From: a virus
Virus record (IMG/VR): IMGVR_UViG_3300043411_002794
Location: 96,001 to 160,000 of that record
Direction: 5' to 3' (one strand)
DNA length: 64,000 bases
In this document: positions 20,981-31,020 of the stretch, piece by piece
Layout: every line of letters starts with the position of its first letter
How positions within the stretch are numbered: position 1 is the stretch's first letter
The notes under the pieces: model-generated
What the model was told of the DNA's origin: nothing
The model's input: only the letters and a program-made list of their open reading frames with translations
Database searches by the model: none
Made by a program: the position numbers and the translations under genes

Positions 20981-21943
20981 CTAGGCTTCACTTTCTTCCG
21001 GGCAGACCTCTTCCTCGGGGCAGCCGCTGTCTCCCACCTTGCTGGCCAGTACGACCAGCGTCATTGTGGAAACCTCACTGTGCGTGCGGTCTGCCAAGGA
21101 TTGCAGTGCGGCCCGGCCGTCGGCGAAATCGTTGAGCTGGCTACGTAACGCCTCCAACTCGGCGCAGCCGCAGCACGGCGTCGAGCATTCGTTGAGCAGC
21201 TCCAGTCCAAACGAGGCGGGCGTCAGCGTAATGCACTGGTTTCCGTCGATGCGGAAGTTGCCGTCCGGATCTCCGGGAATGCCGTTGATCGTGCGGATGC
21301 ACGGGGCATCTTGCAACTGATCGCAGACGCAGGCCTGATTGAGCCCCTCGCCGCTGATGGCGTTGAACACGATTGTCGGGCTGTCGCCGCTCGTGGCGGT
21401 GATGCGGAAATTGGTCCCGGCAACTAACGTGATGTCGCCATAGTAGCGTTCGCTGCGGTCGTTACCGTTGACTACGGTGATGGAGGTAATGCTCCGAATC
21501 CCCGGCATGATCGCGTGCGGATCAACTGCTCCGGCCGCGGCGGTAAAGAAATACTCACCTGCAGGCAACTCGTCGATCTCGGTCAGATCGCCGATGAGCA
21601 CGTGTCCGACGCAGTCATCGAAGTTGTTTTTCCCGACCAAGGCATACGAGTCGTATTCAGCGTGCGTGCTGCGCGCGAAGTTGGTCGTGGCAACTAACGT
21701 CGGCGTACCGTCGTCATAGGCAAACGCCAAACTGAAGCCGACCGGCGAGATCAGTACGCTGTAAAGAAAGATCTTTGACGGGTCCACGCTGAGCCCGGCA
21801 TGGACGGTCAACTCCATGCCGACCAAGAACGAGTTCGGGAGCGTGATCGTTCCCGTCGTATCCGTGCGGGCGGCGTGCGGCGCCAGCGGAAAGGCCCGCT
21901 GGCTGTTATGGTTCAGCAGCTCCAGATTCCAGAGCAACGTCAT
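20981..21943 (-). CDS. Paralogous-array protein 1, 320 aa
   Basis: LLNHNSQRAFPL; IRTINGIPGDPDGNFRI; NECSTPCCGCAEL followed by a coiled coil. Confidence 0.78.
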   Translation of the reverse strand: MTLLWNLELLNHNSQRAFPLAPHAARTDTTGTITLPNSFLVGMELTVHAGLSVDPSKIFLYSVLISPVGFSLAFAYDDGTPTLVATTNFARSTHAEYDSYALVGKNNFDDCVGHVLIGDLTEIDELPAGEYFFTAAAGAVDPHAIMPGIRSITSITVVNGNDRSERYYGDITLVAGTNFRITATSGDSPTIVFNAISGEGLNQACVCDQLQDAPCIRTINGIPGDPDGNFRIDGNQCITLTPASFGLELLNECSTPCCGCAELEALRSQLNDFADGRAALQSLADRTHSEVSTMTLVVLASKVGDSGCPEEEVCPEESEA

Positions 21944-21945
21944 CG

Positions 21946-23796
21946 TTAGGCTCCAGAGTACAGAATTGCGTCCATTCGCAAGATGCCGACCTCGCCCAGG
22001 TAACCGCCGGTCGCGGTCCGCGTGAGTTGTGCCAACACCTTGTCGCCGGCAGCCACCGTGAACCCGGCACTATCGATCTCGATTACGTCTCCGGCCGTCA
22101 CAGCGACGGCCGTCGTAACGGCTAACGTCGTAAACGACGCCGGAACACTGGAAGGCGTCGCCGTACCGTCCGGCCGCAAGACTCGCTTGTAACCCAGCGT
22201 CAACGACGGCAGTGTGCCGGTGACGAGGGCAATGAGTTGCAGCCGCACTTTGACTTCCGGCGTCGTCGGAAGTCCGGCGTACGGCGTGTTGTAACTGCCT
22301 GCTACACCTGAAGACCGGCCGTCGGGAAAGCCGATGTACGGCATGTCCCGATAGGTTCGCTCCACGGCGTCACCAAGGCGAACCAGCGACGGCGCCAGTA
22401 CGCGATCGCCGGGCGACGGATCGAGATCGATCGTGACGATGCCCTGGTAAATCAATGGGCTGTCTGTGTCTTCCGGATCTTGATTGTGGCTGCGCGTGGC
22501 GGTGATCACCACCTGGTCACTACCTGCCTTGATGCCTGCAACAACAGGGCCGCGAAGGAAGTGCAGTCCGGTTGTGACCTCCTTGACGACGAGGTCCGCA
22601 TCTTCGTCGGCCGTGTCTTCAACAACCTCGGTCAGGTTAATACCGATCTTGAGGTCGCCGGTTGTTGCTGCGTCGCCGTCGCAGTTCGTGAGCTGCAGCG
22701 GGCTGCCGTCGGCCGGGGCCAGACTCGTCACAACCGACTTGCTGGCGCCCAGCAAGTTGCGGAGGAAGACGAGCTCGATACGCATTTGTTCAACGCGAGG
22801 ACATTCCGCCGAAGATGAAATGCTATTGTCGGCCGACACGCTGATCGAGGTGTCGAGATCCGTCGGCCACGGCACGTCACCGTAGCAATCGCTCATCCAC
22901 CAAATACCGTAGTAATCGACATAGACCAGCCCGTCGCGGCCGAGCGGGACTTCCGTGGCACCGACCAGTTCGCGACCCTTGTCCCAGAGTACTGAGACGG
23001 CGCTGAGCGGGACCGGCGGCCAGGCATTGGAGAGGGCGGTATCGGCAGTTAGGTTGTAACCAAACTGAGCGCCGACCGGGGCGTGCCCGCCGAAGCTCTC
23101 GTGATTGGCGGGCAACCATCCCGGTACGGATTCATCCGGATCGGTGATCACGTGCGAGTCGCCTTCGACGGGCGGCGACGTCGTTCCGGACGGGCGGCAG
23201 GTCAGCGAGAAGCGATAATGCGTGTGATCGAACTGGAACTCGCGGAGCTGCGGCAGCACAAAGACGTACGGCAGGTCGCTGCAGTCGTTAAGCGGCCCGA
23301 GCACCTCGCACACGACGCAGGTGACGGGCGGGCGCTGCGTCGTGAGTTTGCCTGGTGTCTGGGCCGACAAGTAATAGACGCCCGGTACAACGTCGCCATC
23401 GAGGGCGTTGGTCAGCGTTTCCAGCGGCACGATGCCGAACAGAACGACGTGACCGGCATTGACGGATGTCTTTTCCAGCAGGATCCCGCGGCAGCGGCTG
23501 GATGCCGTCGCCACGTAGTTTCCCTGTGTGTCGGCGGCCGCGTCGGCGAACGCGAGATCCCAGTGCTGGTTCTCATCATCCCAGTAGACCGGTTGCCCGA
23601 CCAGCACGTCGCTATGCAGGGGCTGATCCCACGCGATCATCGCGGAACTTTGCGCCAGGCCGTCGAGCCGGTTTTTGAGATACTGGGTTCGCGTTTCAAG
23701 TTGCTGCACGGGACGGTTCGCAGTTCCTGCGCTGACCGGTTCTCCGTTGCGGATCGGCTTGATTTGCTTGTTCCAGCTGCCTACTGTGTTTGCCAT
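21946..23796 (-). CDS. Tail fibre / baseplate-attached protein, about 616 aa
   Basis: N-terminal GEPVSAGTANRPVQQLETRTQYLKNRL resembles the NRT.YLK baseplate-attachment motif of myophage fibres. Start at MANTV after AAGG; the track start at 23952 overlaps the upstream gene. Confidence 0.65.
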   Translation of the reverse strand: MANTVGSWNKQIKPIRNGEPVSAGTANRPVQQLETRTQYLKNRLDGLAQSSAMIAWDQPLHSDVLVGQPVYWDDENQHWDLAFADAAADTQGNYVATASSRCRGILLEKTSVNAGHVVLFGIVPLETLTNALDGDVVPGVYYLSAQTPGKLTTQRPPVTCVVCEVLGPLNDCSDLPYVFVLPQLREFQFDHTHYRFSLTCRPSGTTSPPVEGDSHVITDPDESVPGWLPANHESFGGHAPVGAQFGYNLTADTALSNAWPPVPLSAVSVLWDKGRELVGATEVPLGRDGLVYVDYYGIWWMSDCYGDVPWPTDLDTSISVSADNSISSSAECPRVEQMRIELVFLRNLLGASKSVVTSLAPADGSPLQLTNCDGDAATTGDLKIGINLTEVVEDTADEDADLVVKEVTTGLHFLRGPVVAGIKAGSDQVVITATRSHNQDPEDTDSPLIYQGIVTIDLDPSPGDRVLAPSLVRLGDAVERTYRDMPYIGFPDGRSSGVAGSYNTPYAGLPTTPEVKVRLQLIALVTGTLPSLTLGYKRVLRPDGTATPSSVPASFTTLAVTTAVAVTAGDVIEIDSAGFTVAAGDKVLAQLTRTATGGYLGEVGILRMDAILYSGA

Positions 23797-23813
23797 CCTT
23801 GGCACTCCTAAGA

Positions 23814-24437
23814 CTAGCCGAAGATCAACGACCAGGTCACACCGATCTGTTGCGACGCACCCTTCACGACGTGGTCTTCTGCCGGAAAATAAGTCCGGGC
23901 TACGACGATGTCTTTCGTCCGGTCGGCCCAGGTCGGGACGGCGACCAAGCAACCGCCGACGACCTTGCTGTTGGCAGCGGCGCTGAAGGCCTTGCCGTGC
24001 ACGCCGGTTACGCCGGACGTCATCGCCATAAACGTCAGCTGGTTGCCGGTTTCACCTTCCGTGAAGTACGCCTCGTAACCCTCGGCAATACTGAGTAACG
24101 GGGTCTGCAGCAAGGCGACCCGCAGATAATCGCGGACGCCGCTACCGGCGAGATCCGCGTAGTATTCCAGATCCTGGTCGCGATCGAACGACTCAGGCAC
24201 GTCGACGACGTCCTCCGGGTCAGCGACGTTCTCATACTCGAGATACATCCCGGCGATCGAATAGTCGAGACGGGACGGGCGGCGGAAGCCGAGCTGCATC
24301 GCCGCAGCGAACCCCCAGCCAAACTGGATTTGGTTCGATTTCTCGTTACGCGGCGTGATCAGCCCGGTGCGTTCGTCACGGACCCACGGTTGCACGCGGC
24401 CGACGAGCTTGGGAACGAACGAGGTATGTTGGAGCAT
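23814..24437 (-). CDS. Putative tail-collar/baseplate protein, 207 aa
   Basis: Position after the wedge genes; beta-rich C-terminus (VVARTYF...IGVTWSL) as in tail-collar proteins. Confidence 0.55.
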   Translation of the reverse strand: MLQHTSFVPKLVGRVQPWVRDERTGLITPRNEKSNQIQFGWGFAAAMQLGFRRPSRLDYSIAGMYLEYENVADPEDVVDVPESFDRDQDLEYYADLAGSGVRDYLRVALLQTPLLSIAEGYEAYFTEGETGNQLTFMAMTSGVTGVHGKAFSAAANSKVVGGCLVAVPTWADRTKDIVVARTYFPAEDHVVKGASQQIGVTWSLIFG

Positions 24438-24461
24438 CCTTGCCTCTGCAGATATACGGGG

Positions 24462-26030
24462 TCACTGGCACGTGCCGGAAACCAGGCGAACCCTGGGCTG
24501 CCGTTCGGAGACCAGAGAGGAATCAACAAGATCAGTAAGCGGGTTCATCGCCGTAAAGCCTGCCGTGGTCTCAGTTACCGACGTGGCTGCAACCGTGTCC
24601 GTGTCGGCGGTCAGGTCGACTACGAGCAACAGGGCGGTGTGCGGCGGTATCAGCTTACGCAGGTGGCGGGCATTGTATAGGCCCACACGATCGCGGCCCA
24701 TACCAGATGATTTGACGCGAACCAGCACGGCATGGTTGCGAAGGACGTTGGTAATTAGAAACCCAAGCGGGTTGATCGTCGTCGGCAAATGGGTCGCTTT
24801 TGGCTCTCCACTCGGCTGGGTCCGTGTGTCCAGCAGCATCGCTAACGTGCCGTGCCGCTTGTCACCTTCCGGCGGACAGGCAGGGTCGCGAATGTCGGCT
24901 ACGCCGCGAGCATGCAACTCGTCGAAGAACTTGATCACGTCCAACGGCTGACCACCGATTGGAAAACTGACGTAAGTGTGGCCGCTTGAATGTTCTTCAT
25001 CGACGGTCAGCGTCACGTCCTTGTTCTCAAAGATCAGGTCGCCGTAAAAGCACGTTGCCAGGAAGCCGCGGTCGAGTGCAAGCGCCAATAGATCGCTAGG
25101 CACCTGGCCGCGATTGAATTCATAGATCTGCAGCGCGTCTGTCAGCGGGTCGCCTGCTCGTACCGTATCGCCGACGGCGACCAACGGCAGGACACCGCGG
25201 GCAAACTTGTAGACGTTCTTGTCGGTGGCGATGAGTCCGCTGTTGCAGCCGTACTCCACGACTTCTACAACTTCAGTGGCTTCCACGACCAACGGAATGC
25301 CGGTCATTGCCTGCAGGGCAAGCCGTAACGTACGTCCGGTCATGCCGCCCACTAGGGCGTCAAAGAGTGCATTTAGCAGATCGCGATACCCGCGACTGCT
25401 TTGCATCTGGATGCCGAGCACGTAGCCGAAATGATCGTACGCGTACTGCCAGTCGAATTGGCCGCGGAACACCCATAGCCCGGCTTCCGTGTCCGTCTGC
25501 TCTTGCTCCGAGAATATGGGTCGCGTGGCCACCAGCGGATCGGTGAGCGGATTCTCGCGGAAGATGATCAGCTCGCGATCTCGGTCAATAAGATAGTCGA
25601 CGTTCTCGACCCAGGTACGGGACGGCGACGTAATGCGATTCATGATCAACGGCGCCGACACCAAGGCGGACGGCAACGGGAACGCGTACTGATTCACTGA
25701 ATTTGGTGCATCGTATTGAATAGCGCTGTTGTAGGTTAGCCCGCTGTCGCCGTAACGCGGCAGCTCTGCGTTGGCTGGATTGAGATCCGATTCCTTCAGC
25801 TGCAGAAAGTACCAGTTCTCGGTATGGAAGAGCGGCACCTTGCTGCGGGCAACGCAGGCGGCCGCCTCCAGCAACATTAGGTGATTCTGTGCCTCCTGCA
25901 AGACGTTGACCTCGGCGTAAGACTCCATCTGCGACTGTTCGCCGTAGATGCGCGCCCAGAAGCTCCCCAAGGCCGCCAAAAACTGGTGCGGCCGGTCGAA
26001 GTTCGACGACGGGTAGGTGAAGGTCGGCAT
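24462..26030 (-). CDS. Baseplate wedge protein (gpI/gp7-like position), 522 aa
   Basis: Follows the baseplate J-like gene; C-terminal LRKLIPPHT motif typical of gpI-like proteins. Confidence 0.65.
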   Translation of the reverse strand: MPTFTYPSSNFDRPHQFLAALGSFWARIYGEQSQMESYAEVNVLQEAQNHLMLLEAAACVARSKVPLFHTENWYFLQLKESDLNPANAELPRYGDSGLTYNSAIQYDAPNSVNQYAFPLPSALVSAPLIMNRITSPSRTWVENVDYLIDRDRELIIFRENPLTDPLVATRPIFSEQEQTDTEAGLWVFRGQFDWQYAYDHFGYVLGIQMQSSRGYRDLLNALFDALVGGMTGRTLRLALQAMTGIPLVVEATEVVEVVEYGCNSGLIATDKNVYKFARGVLPLVAVGDTVRAGDPLTDALQIYEFNRGQVPSDLLALALDRGFLATCFYGDLIFENKDVTLTVDEEHSSGHTYVSFPIGGQPLDVIKFFDELHARGVADIRDPACPPEGDKRHGTLAMLLDTRTQPSGEPKATHLPTTINPLGFLITNVLRNHAVLVRVKSSGMGRDRVGLYNARHLRKLIPPHTALLLVVDLTADTDTVAATSVTETTAGFTAMNPLTDLVDSSLVSERQPRVRLVSGTCQ

Positions 26031-27661
26031 TAGTCGGAGACGACGCTGATCGCGACGTTTGCGGGGTCAAGGAAGAAGACGGCTGTATCGCGACTGAGCA
26101 TTAGTGCCGGATCGGTAGGAATGCTCAGGCACGTTGTGTCATGCACAAATAGCATCTCACCATCCGGACGGCGGATCCGGCCGAACATGTCGATCTTACC
26201 GACGGCCTGCCCGTCGCTGAGATAGTTATGCGCAATATCCGCCAATGCTGACGCGTAGAGGCGGCTGCCGAAGTTGAGGTTGTTCACCAGCGAGGCAATG
26301 TCCTCGGCCATACCTGTCGTATCCGGTGTAGCTTGGCCGGATTGTTTGCGGATCTCGAAGGAGATCGACACCCAGCACGGCACCGCAGCCCGCACGACTG
26401 TATCGCAGGCCCGGGCACGGTGGTCTTCAGAGTTGCAGAAGTCCTGCAGCTCGGTGATGAGCGGCATGGTCGACAACTCGACGATGTACTCGGCGGTATC
26501 TCCGACGACCGCCGTCAGGGTGTCCGTATCCGTGTCACGGAAGCGGATCACGGCCGTCTGGTACTTGGTATACGCTGCTTCCAGATCATTGATGATGTCC
26601 GGCACGAATACCGTGTCCGTCAGATCGCGGCCACGAATATCTGCAACGATCTCGTAACCGGTCTCGTCGATGCTGGCGTCGGTACGCACGATGCGAGAGG
26701 CCTCATAGAAGCCCGGCGCTGCGTCTGCCGTCAGTGTGACTTGCCAGATTCCGCCGTCCGCGACAATATCGACGAGCGAGGCCGTGAGCCGCAGTGTGAC
26801 GGTCTTCGGTTGGGCCTGCGTCCGGCAAAAGACATCCACGCGACCACCGAGTGAGCCCGGCCAGATCGTATGCTGATCACGAATCTGTTCGGCATCGCCG
26901 AAGCCGCGGATGGAGTAATGCCGGGTGTTGGCAAACTCTGCCTGGGACTTGAACAAGGCAATCCAATTGATGCTGCCGCCGTTGGTCTTGGCAGCCTGGC
27001 CCTCTTGCAGCCGATCGATCATCTCCTGGTTTGTCTCGGCAGCGAGGCCTCCGGAGAAGTCAGCAGCGGCGCGGGCCGCCACAAAGTTCTCGGGGCGGGC
27101 GGCGGGCGTCATGCGCGTACCGCGTTTGATGTTGCTGAGCTCGCCGGCCGCTACGGCCGTAGCCGGTACGGAAAACTCATACGTCCCGTCGCCGCGAGAC
27201 GCGAGCACACGTTCGTTGTCGGTGACCGCCGTGCCGGTGCTGTTACGCACGACGATCGCCGTATCGACGGTGAACTCCAGCGATCCGGCTGTGAAGCCTA
27301 ACCCGGCTGAGATGACCAACGGAGCGTCTTGACTGACCACGATCGCGATCTGCCCGCTCGCCTGCGAAGCGGCCTGTCTCGCTACGAGGTGATTGGAGAG
27401 CACGTCATCGACGACATCGGTATCTGCCAGCGTCGGATCGAGCTCGATGCGTCGGAGGCTCATCGACTGCCGTAGCCGGTCGTAGTTGACCTGATGCCCG
27501 GCGGCGAAGACGGAGCGAAAGTACAGCACGAGATCGCTGAACGGTCCTCGTTGCAACGCCTGCTCGGGGTGCTTCTCCTGCATCAGTTGCTTGGCCTCGG
27601 CGAACATCTGTTCCACGATGTCCGCGGGGATGTCGTCCAAGCTTGTGACGGTAAGGCTCAT
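26030..27661 (-). CDS. Baseplate J-like protein (gp6/gpJ), 543 aa
   Basis: ISAGLGF...F, VPATAVAAGELSNI, FSGGLAAETNQEMIDRL, GRVDVF. Confidence 0.88.
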   Translation of the reverse strand: MSLTVTSLDDIPADIVEQMFAEAKQLMQEKHPEQALQRGPFSDLVLYFRSVFAAGHQVNYDRLRQSMSLRRIELDPTLADTDVVDDVLSNHLVARQAASQASGQIAIVVSQDAPLVISAGLGFTAGSLEFTVDTAIVVRNSTGTAVTDNERVLASRGDGTYEFSVPATAVAAGELSNIKRGTRMTPAARPENFVAARAAADFSGGLAAETNQEMIDRLQEGQAAKTNGGSINWIALFKSQAEFANTRHYSIRGFGDAEQIRDQHTIWPGSLGGRVDVFCRTQAQPKTVTLRLTASLVDIVADGGIWQVTLTADAAPGFYEASRIVRTDASIDETGYEIVADIRGRDLTDTVFVPDIINDLEAAYTKYQTAVIRFRDTDTDTLTAVVGDTAEYIVELSTMPLITELQDFCNSEDHRARACDTVVRAAVPCWVSISFEIRKQSGQATPDTTGMAEDIASLVNNLNFGSRLYASALADIAHNYLSDGQAVGKIDMFGRIRRPDGEMLFVHDTTCLSIPTDPALMLSRDTAVFFLDPANVAISVVSD

Positions 27662-27669
27662 AGTAACTC

Positions 27670-28134
27670 CTAGACGGCCGTGCTAACGGGCAAGATAACC
27701 TCACGGGCGCTTCCGGCGAGGCTCAGGACGTTGACCCGCAAACTAACGATGTCCTGTGCAACGGTGATCTCGACCAGCTCGGCGCGGTCGAATCGCTCAT
27801 CATCCGGCATGTCGACGGTTTCTTCGTTGCGTAGGTTATTGGTGATCGTGAATGCGGAAAACCCAAAACTGGTGACTACGTCGGCCTGGCTCCGTAGGCG
27901 TCCGCGTCGCAGATCCGTTACGAAGCGGCAGCCGCGGTCCGTTTGAAACCGCATCGAGCCGAGCTCCGTGAGAAACTCCATGATCCATCGCTGGGCCAGC
28001 TTCTGAATACCGACGCAGATCTCGCCGTCCACGCGTTCATCGAACAACGATTGCGAGAGCTCGACCTCTCCAGTCGTGGTCGCCCCGCGTAGCGCCAGCA
28101 CGTCGTATTGGCGGCCTTGATACGGATTTGTCAT
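27670..28134 (-). CDS. Baseplate wedge/sheath initiator (gp25/gpW-like), 154 aa
   Basis: GIQKLAQRWIMEFLTELGS...RG pattern; size and position immediately upstream of gpJ. Confidence 0.75.
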   Translation of the reverse strand: MTNPYQGRQYDVLALRGATTTGEVELSQSLFDERVDGEICVGIQKLAQRWIMEFLTELGSMRFQTDRGCRFVTDLRRGRLRSQADVVTSFGFSAFTITNNLRNEETVDMPDDERFDRAELVEITVAQDIVSLRVNVLSLAGSAREVILPVSTAV

Positions 28135-28625
28135 ACGAGTGACGCGGCCTCCTCGGCAGAGATGGTCGGGTCAGGGATGGCTTGGCCGAGTGCTCCTGCA
28201 GCGATAAGGTCGGCCGCCATGTTCTCGGCGGCGGCATAGATGCCTGCCTGATGTCCGTGCCCGTCGAGCCGCCCGTGGGCGACGATGATGCAACGTAGCG
28301 ACGTGGCATGCCGTAGCCGGAAGGCCCGCTCTTCGGCGGCGTTGAAGTCCACCTGCAGCTTGAGCGACGCGGCGTCGCCGACCGTGCCTGGATCGGATCC
28401 GGAGGCCAGCACTTCGTCGTAGTTGGCGTTGATCTCGCTGCGATCGAACGCCGGTTTGTGCAGCGAGGCAATATCCGTCAGCTGTGTCGTCAGTTCGGCG
28501 GGCACTTCCCACGGCCGCTGGGCGTCGCCCTTAACGGAGTCGGCCATTTGCTTGGCGCCTTCGCGCAACTGCAGCGTACGCTTGCGGAAAACGTCGTGGA
28601 CTTTGCCCTTTTTGCTTCCTTGCAC
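28131..28625 (-). CDS. Hypothetical protein, 164 aa
   Basis: AGGAG before the GTG start; ATGA coupling to the next gene. Confidence 0.7.
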   Translation of the reverse strand: MQGSKKGKVHDVFRKRTLQLREGAKQMADSVKGDAQRPWEVPAELTTQLTDIASLHKPAFDRSEINANYDEVLASGSDPGTVGDAASLKLQVDFNAAEERAFRLRHATSLRCIIVAHGRLDGHGHQAGIYAAAENMAADLIAAGALGQAIPDPTISAEEAASLV

Positions 28626-28633
28626 GGCTGCTC

Positions 28634-29368
28634 CTACAAAATGCTGAGGCTTTGACGCATGTCGAGCAACGCCTGAATCTTTGCTGCCCGCTGGCTGACG
28701 GCACCGGGCGTGACGCCCAGCTTAGTTGCGATCCCGGAGACCGTCATCTTGCGGCGGCCGTTGCGGCCGAGCAGGTGATCCATCACGGCTCGGTCGGTGT
28801 TGCCGAGATCGGCGTACACGAAGTTTTCCCAGGCCTGGTCGGTTTGCTTTAACGCCTGGCTGGCCGGCTCGTAGATGTCGCCTTCGGCATCTTCTACTTG
28901 GGTCGTGCCTTCGGCGATCGGTAGGTTGAACTTGCGGAGCTGGGCCAATCGACCGAACGACATCCCAGTGCGGTCTGCCAGCTCGGCATCCGACGGGTCG
29001 CGGCCTAGTTCGTCCCGCAGGTTGTTTTCGGCCTCGTCCAGGTGCTTGCGGTTGAGGGCAACCGCTTCCGGGATGGAGATGATGTTTTGCTCTTGGGCCG
29101 ATTGACGGCGAAGGCCCTGCATCTGGCTGAGCAAATGCGTGCGAAGCGTCCCCCGTGCCGGGTCGTAACTCTGGAAAGCATTCAATGCCGACAGCCGCGC
29201 GCGGCTGCGGAATGTCGGACTGCCGATGCTGCTGCCGCCGTAACTGGTGATCGCCGAGTCGATGACCGGCCGCACCGCCGACAACAGAGTAGAGCTCGTG
29301 CCGGGGTTAGGCGACGCCTTCCAGGCAGTGAACGCAGGCTCGAATTCCTTCTCTAGCAGCGAATCCAT
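28634..29368 (-). CDS. Sigma-70 family RNA polymerase sigma factor (regions 2-4, group 3-like), about 244 aa
   Basis: Region 2 (ALNAFQSYDPARGTLRTHL), region 3 (ELGRDPSDAELADRTGMS), region 4 HTH (MTVSGIATKLGVTPGAVSQ). GAGG before the ATG at 29368. Confidence 0.88.
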   Translation of the reverse strand: MDSLLEKEFEPAFTAWKASPNPGTSSTLLSAVRPVIDSAITSYGGSSIGSPTFRSRARLSALNAFQSYDPARGTLRTHLLSQMQGLRRQSAQEQNIISIPEAVALNRKHLDEAENNLRDELGRDPSDAELADRTGMSFGRLAQLRKFNLPIAEGTTQVEDAEGDIYEPASQALKQTDQAWENFVYADLGNTDRAVMDHLLGRNGRRKMTVSGIATKLGVTPGAVSQRAAKIQALLDMRQSLSIL

Positions 29369-29376
29369 TCGCACCT

Positions 29377-31020
29377 CTACGCAACAAAGACGTCGGCTAA
29401 CGGAGCACCGGTCCACGCTTTGGTATACAGCGGCGGCAGTTCGACGCTTGAATCATTGCTGGCATTCTCGGCCGCAGTTCGTACATGAGCAAGACTAAAG
29501 GCCGTGCCTGCCTGCTGGTTCTCGCAGTCCAACATAATCGAGGTCCGCAGCACAGTGGCAAAATAGATGACGTTCAGCTGATCGTTCCCGACAGTTTTCC
29601 CGGCCCCGCCCTGAATCTTGAGCGTCGAACCCGGGGCGATGTCGAAGCGGAGCTTACCGGAAATTTCCAGTGTCCGCCCCTTGAGTTGTTCCAACGTGTA
29701 CCAGTGGTGGGCGAAGTTATCGAGAATGTTCTTGAGGCTTTTCACGACAGCCCCGGGTGCGGTCTTCTTCGGCGGAGCTCCACCGCCGGGAGCGGCGGCA
29801 TGCCCGACGCCGTTCGTACGATCGGCATCCGCGGAGTCCGCGGCATAAGTACCGGGCGAAACGGCATTCTGCAGCCAGTTTGGGCTTTCCTTGATAAGGA
29901 CCATTCCCGACGGCCGCGAAGACTGATACCACCCGGCAATGGTCTTGTAGCCGACGTCTTCCGTCTGCGGGGCACCGTTTCCGTTGAGATCCATTGTGGC
30001 CGCGTGCCAGACGCCGACGGCCCGCAGTTGCTGCGTCATGAGATTGACGGAGCTGCTATGCGTATGGTCGTGATCGTTGATCGAGTACTCGTCGCCGTTC
30101 ACTGCGATATACGGCGTACGGAGTGATCCGGCAAACGGAACGACTAACGCATCTTCAATGCGCGGGATGACTGTGAAGAAGTACGACGGCACCCACTCGC
30201 CAATTAGCTTGCCCCAAAGCGTTGTATGTACCCAGCTTTGAAATGACTCGGACGTGAGTGCGTTACGTACGCCGGCCGCTATGGCACCGCCGTCGGCCTT
30301 GGTGAGGTTCATCGCGAGCGGTACGGCAAACTTGGATGCATTCGTCATGCGGGCCAGGGCGGCCTGTGCATCTACATTGCCGTTGGTTGATTCGCCGGGA
30401 AACGTATCTACTTTGGCAATGTCGGCCTGCGCCATCCGCAGCAACCAGGGGTGCAGAATATTTTTCCAAAGGTCGGTTTCGAGGGCGCCGTCCGTGATCG
30501 CGATTTCTTTGTCGTCGATGAGCGGTACCCACGTACGCGTTCCGGCCTCGCCGCCCTTCGTTCGGAGGCCGGGATAAATAGCCCCGTGAGCAAAATCACC
30601 GGAGCTGTGCGGATGTACGACCGAATTCAACGACGAAGGTCCATTGAGATCTTCCAGCCAATGTGTGAGTTGAATCAGCACGGAGGCTTCGTCGAGTGAG
30701 CGGTTGATCGCAACCCCGGCCACGCGACCAAGCCAAATCCGCACCTCGTCCTTTAGATTCAGCAGCGGCTCTTTGAGGTTATCGCTGCCCTGCGGAATGA
30801 CCGTGAGAAAGACTTCCGCCGCGGCGCCGGAAACAATTTTATCGATATTGGCGTGAATCGTTGCAGGGTTGCCGTCAGCATCAGCACCGACGGCCACGAC
30901 CAAGCCGGCTGAAGGCACGGAGCTACCTTCAAACGTACAGCCGAACCGCACGACGTCTTTGAATTCGACGCCGCCGATCTTGGCCCGCACTTTGAAAGCC
31001 AGCTTTGCCCAGGAACTCAT
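29377..31020 (-). CDS. Baseplate hub (gp27/late-control D-like), 547 aa
   Basis: Position after the tape measure; C-terminal TLEISGKLRFDIAPGSTLKI...VL beta-barrel pattern. Confidence 0.6.
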   Translation of the reverse strand: MSSWAKLAFKVRAKIGGVEFKDVVRFGCTFEGSSVPSAGLVVAVGADADGNPATIHANIDKIVSGAAAEVFLTVIPQGSDNLKEPLLNLKDEVRIWLGRVAGVAINRSLDEASVLIQLTHWLEDLNGPSSLNSVVHPHSSGDFAHGAIYPGLRTKGGEAGTRTWVPLIDDKEIAITDGALETDLWKNILHPWLLRMAQADIAKVDTFPGESTNGNVDAQAALARMTNASKFAVPLAMNLTKADGGAIAAGVRNALTSESFQSWVHTTLWGKLIGEWVPSYFFTVIPRIEDALVVPFAGSLRTPYIAVNGDEYSINDHDHTHSSSVNLMTQQLRAVGVWHAATMDLNGNGAPQTEDVGYKTIAGWYQSSRPSGMVLIKESPNWLQNAVSPGTYAADSADADRTNGVGHAAAPGGGAPPKKTAPGAVVKSLKNILDNFAHHWYTLEQLKGRTLEISGKLRFDIAPGSTLKIQGGAGKTVGNDQLNVIYFATVLRTSIMLDCENQQAGTAFSLAHVRTAAENASNDSSVELPPLYTKAWTGAPLADVFVA

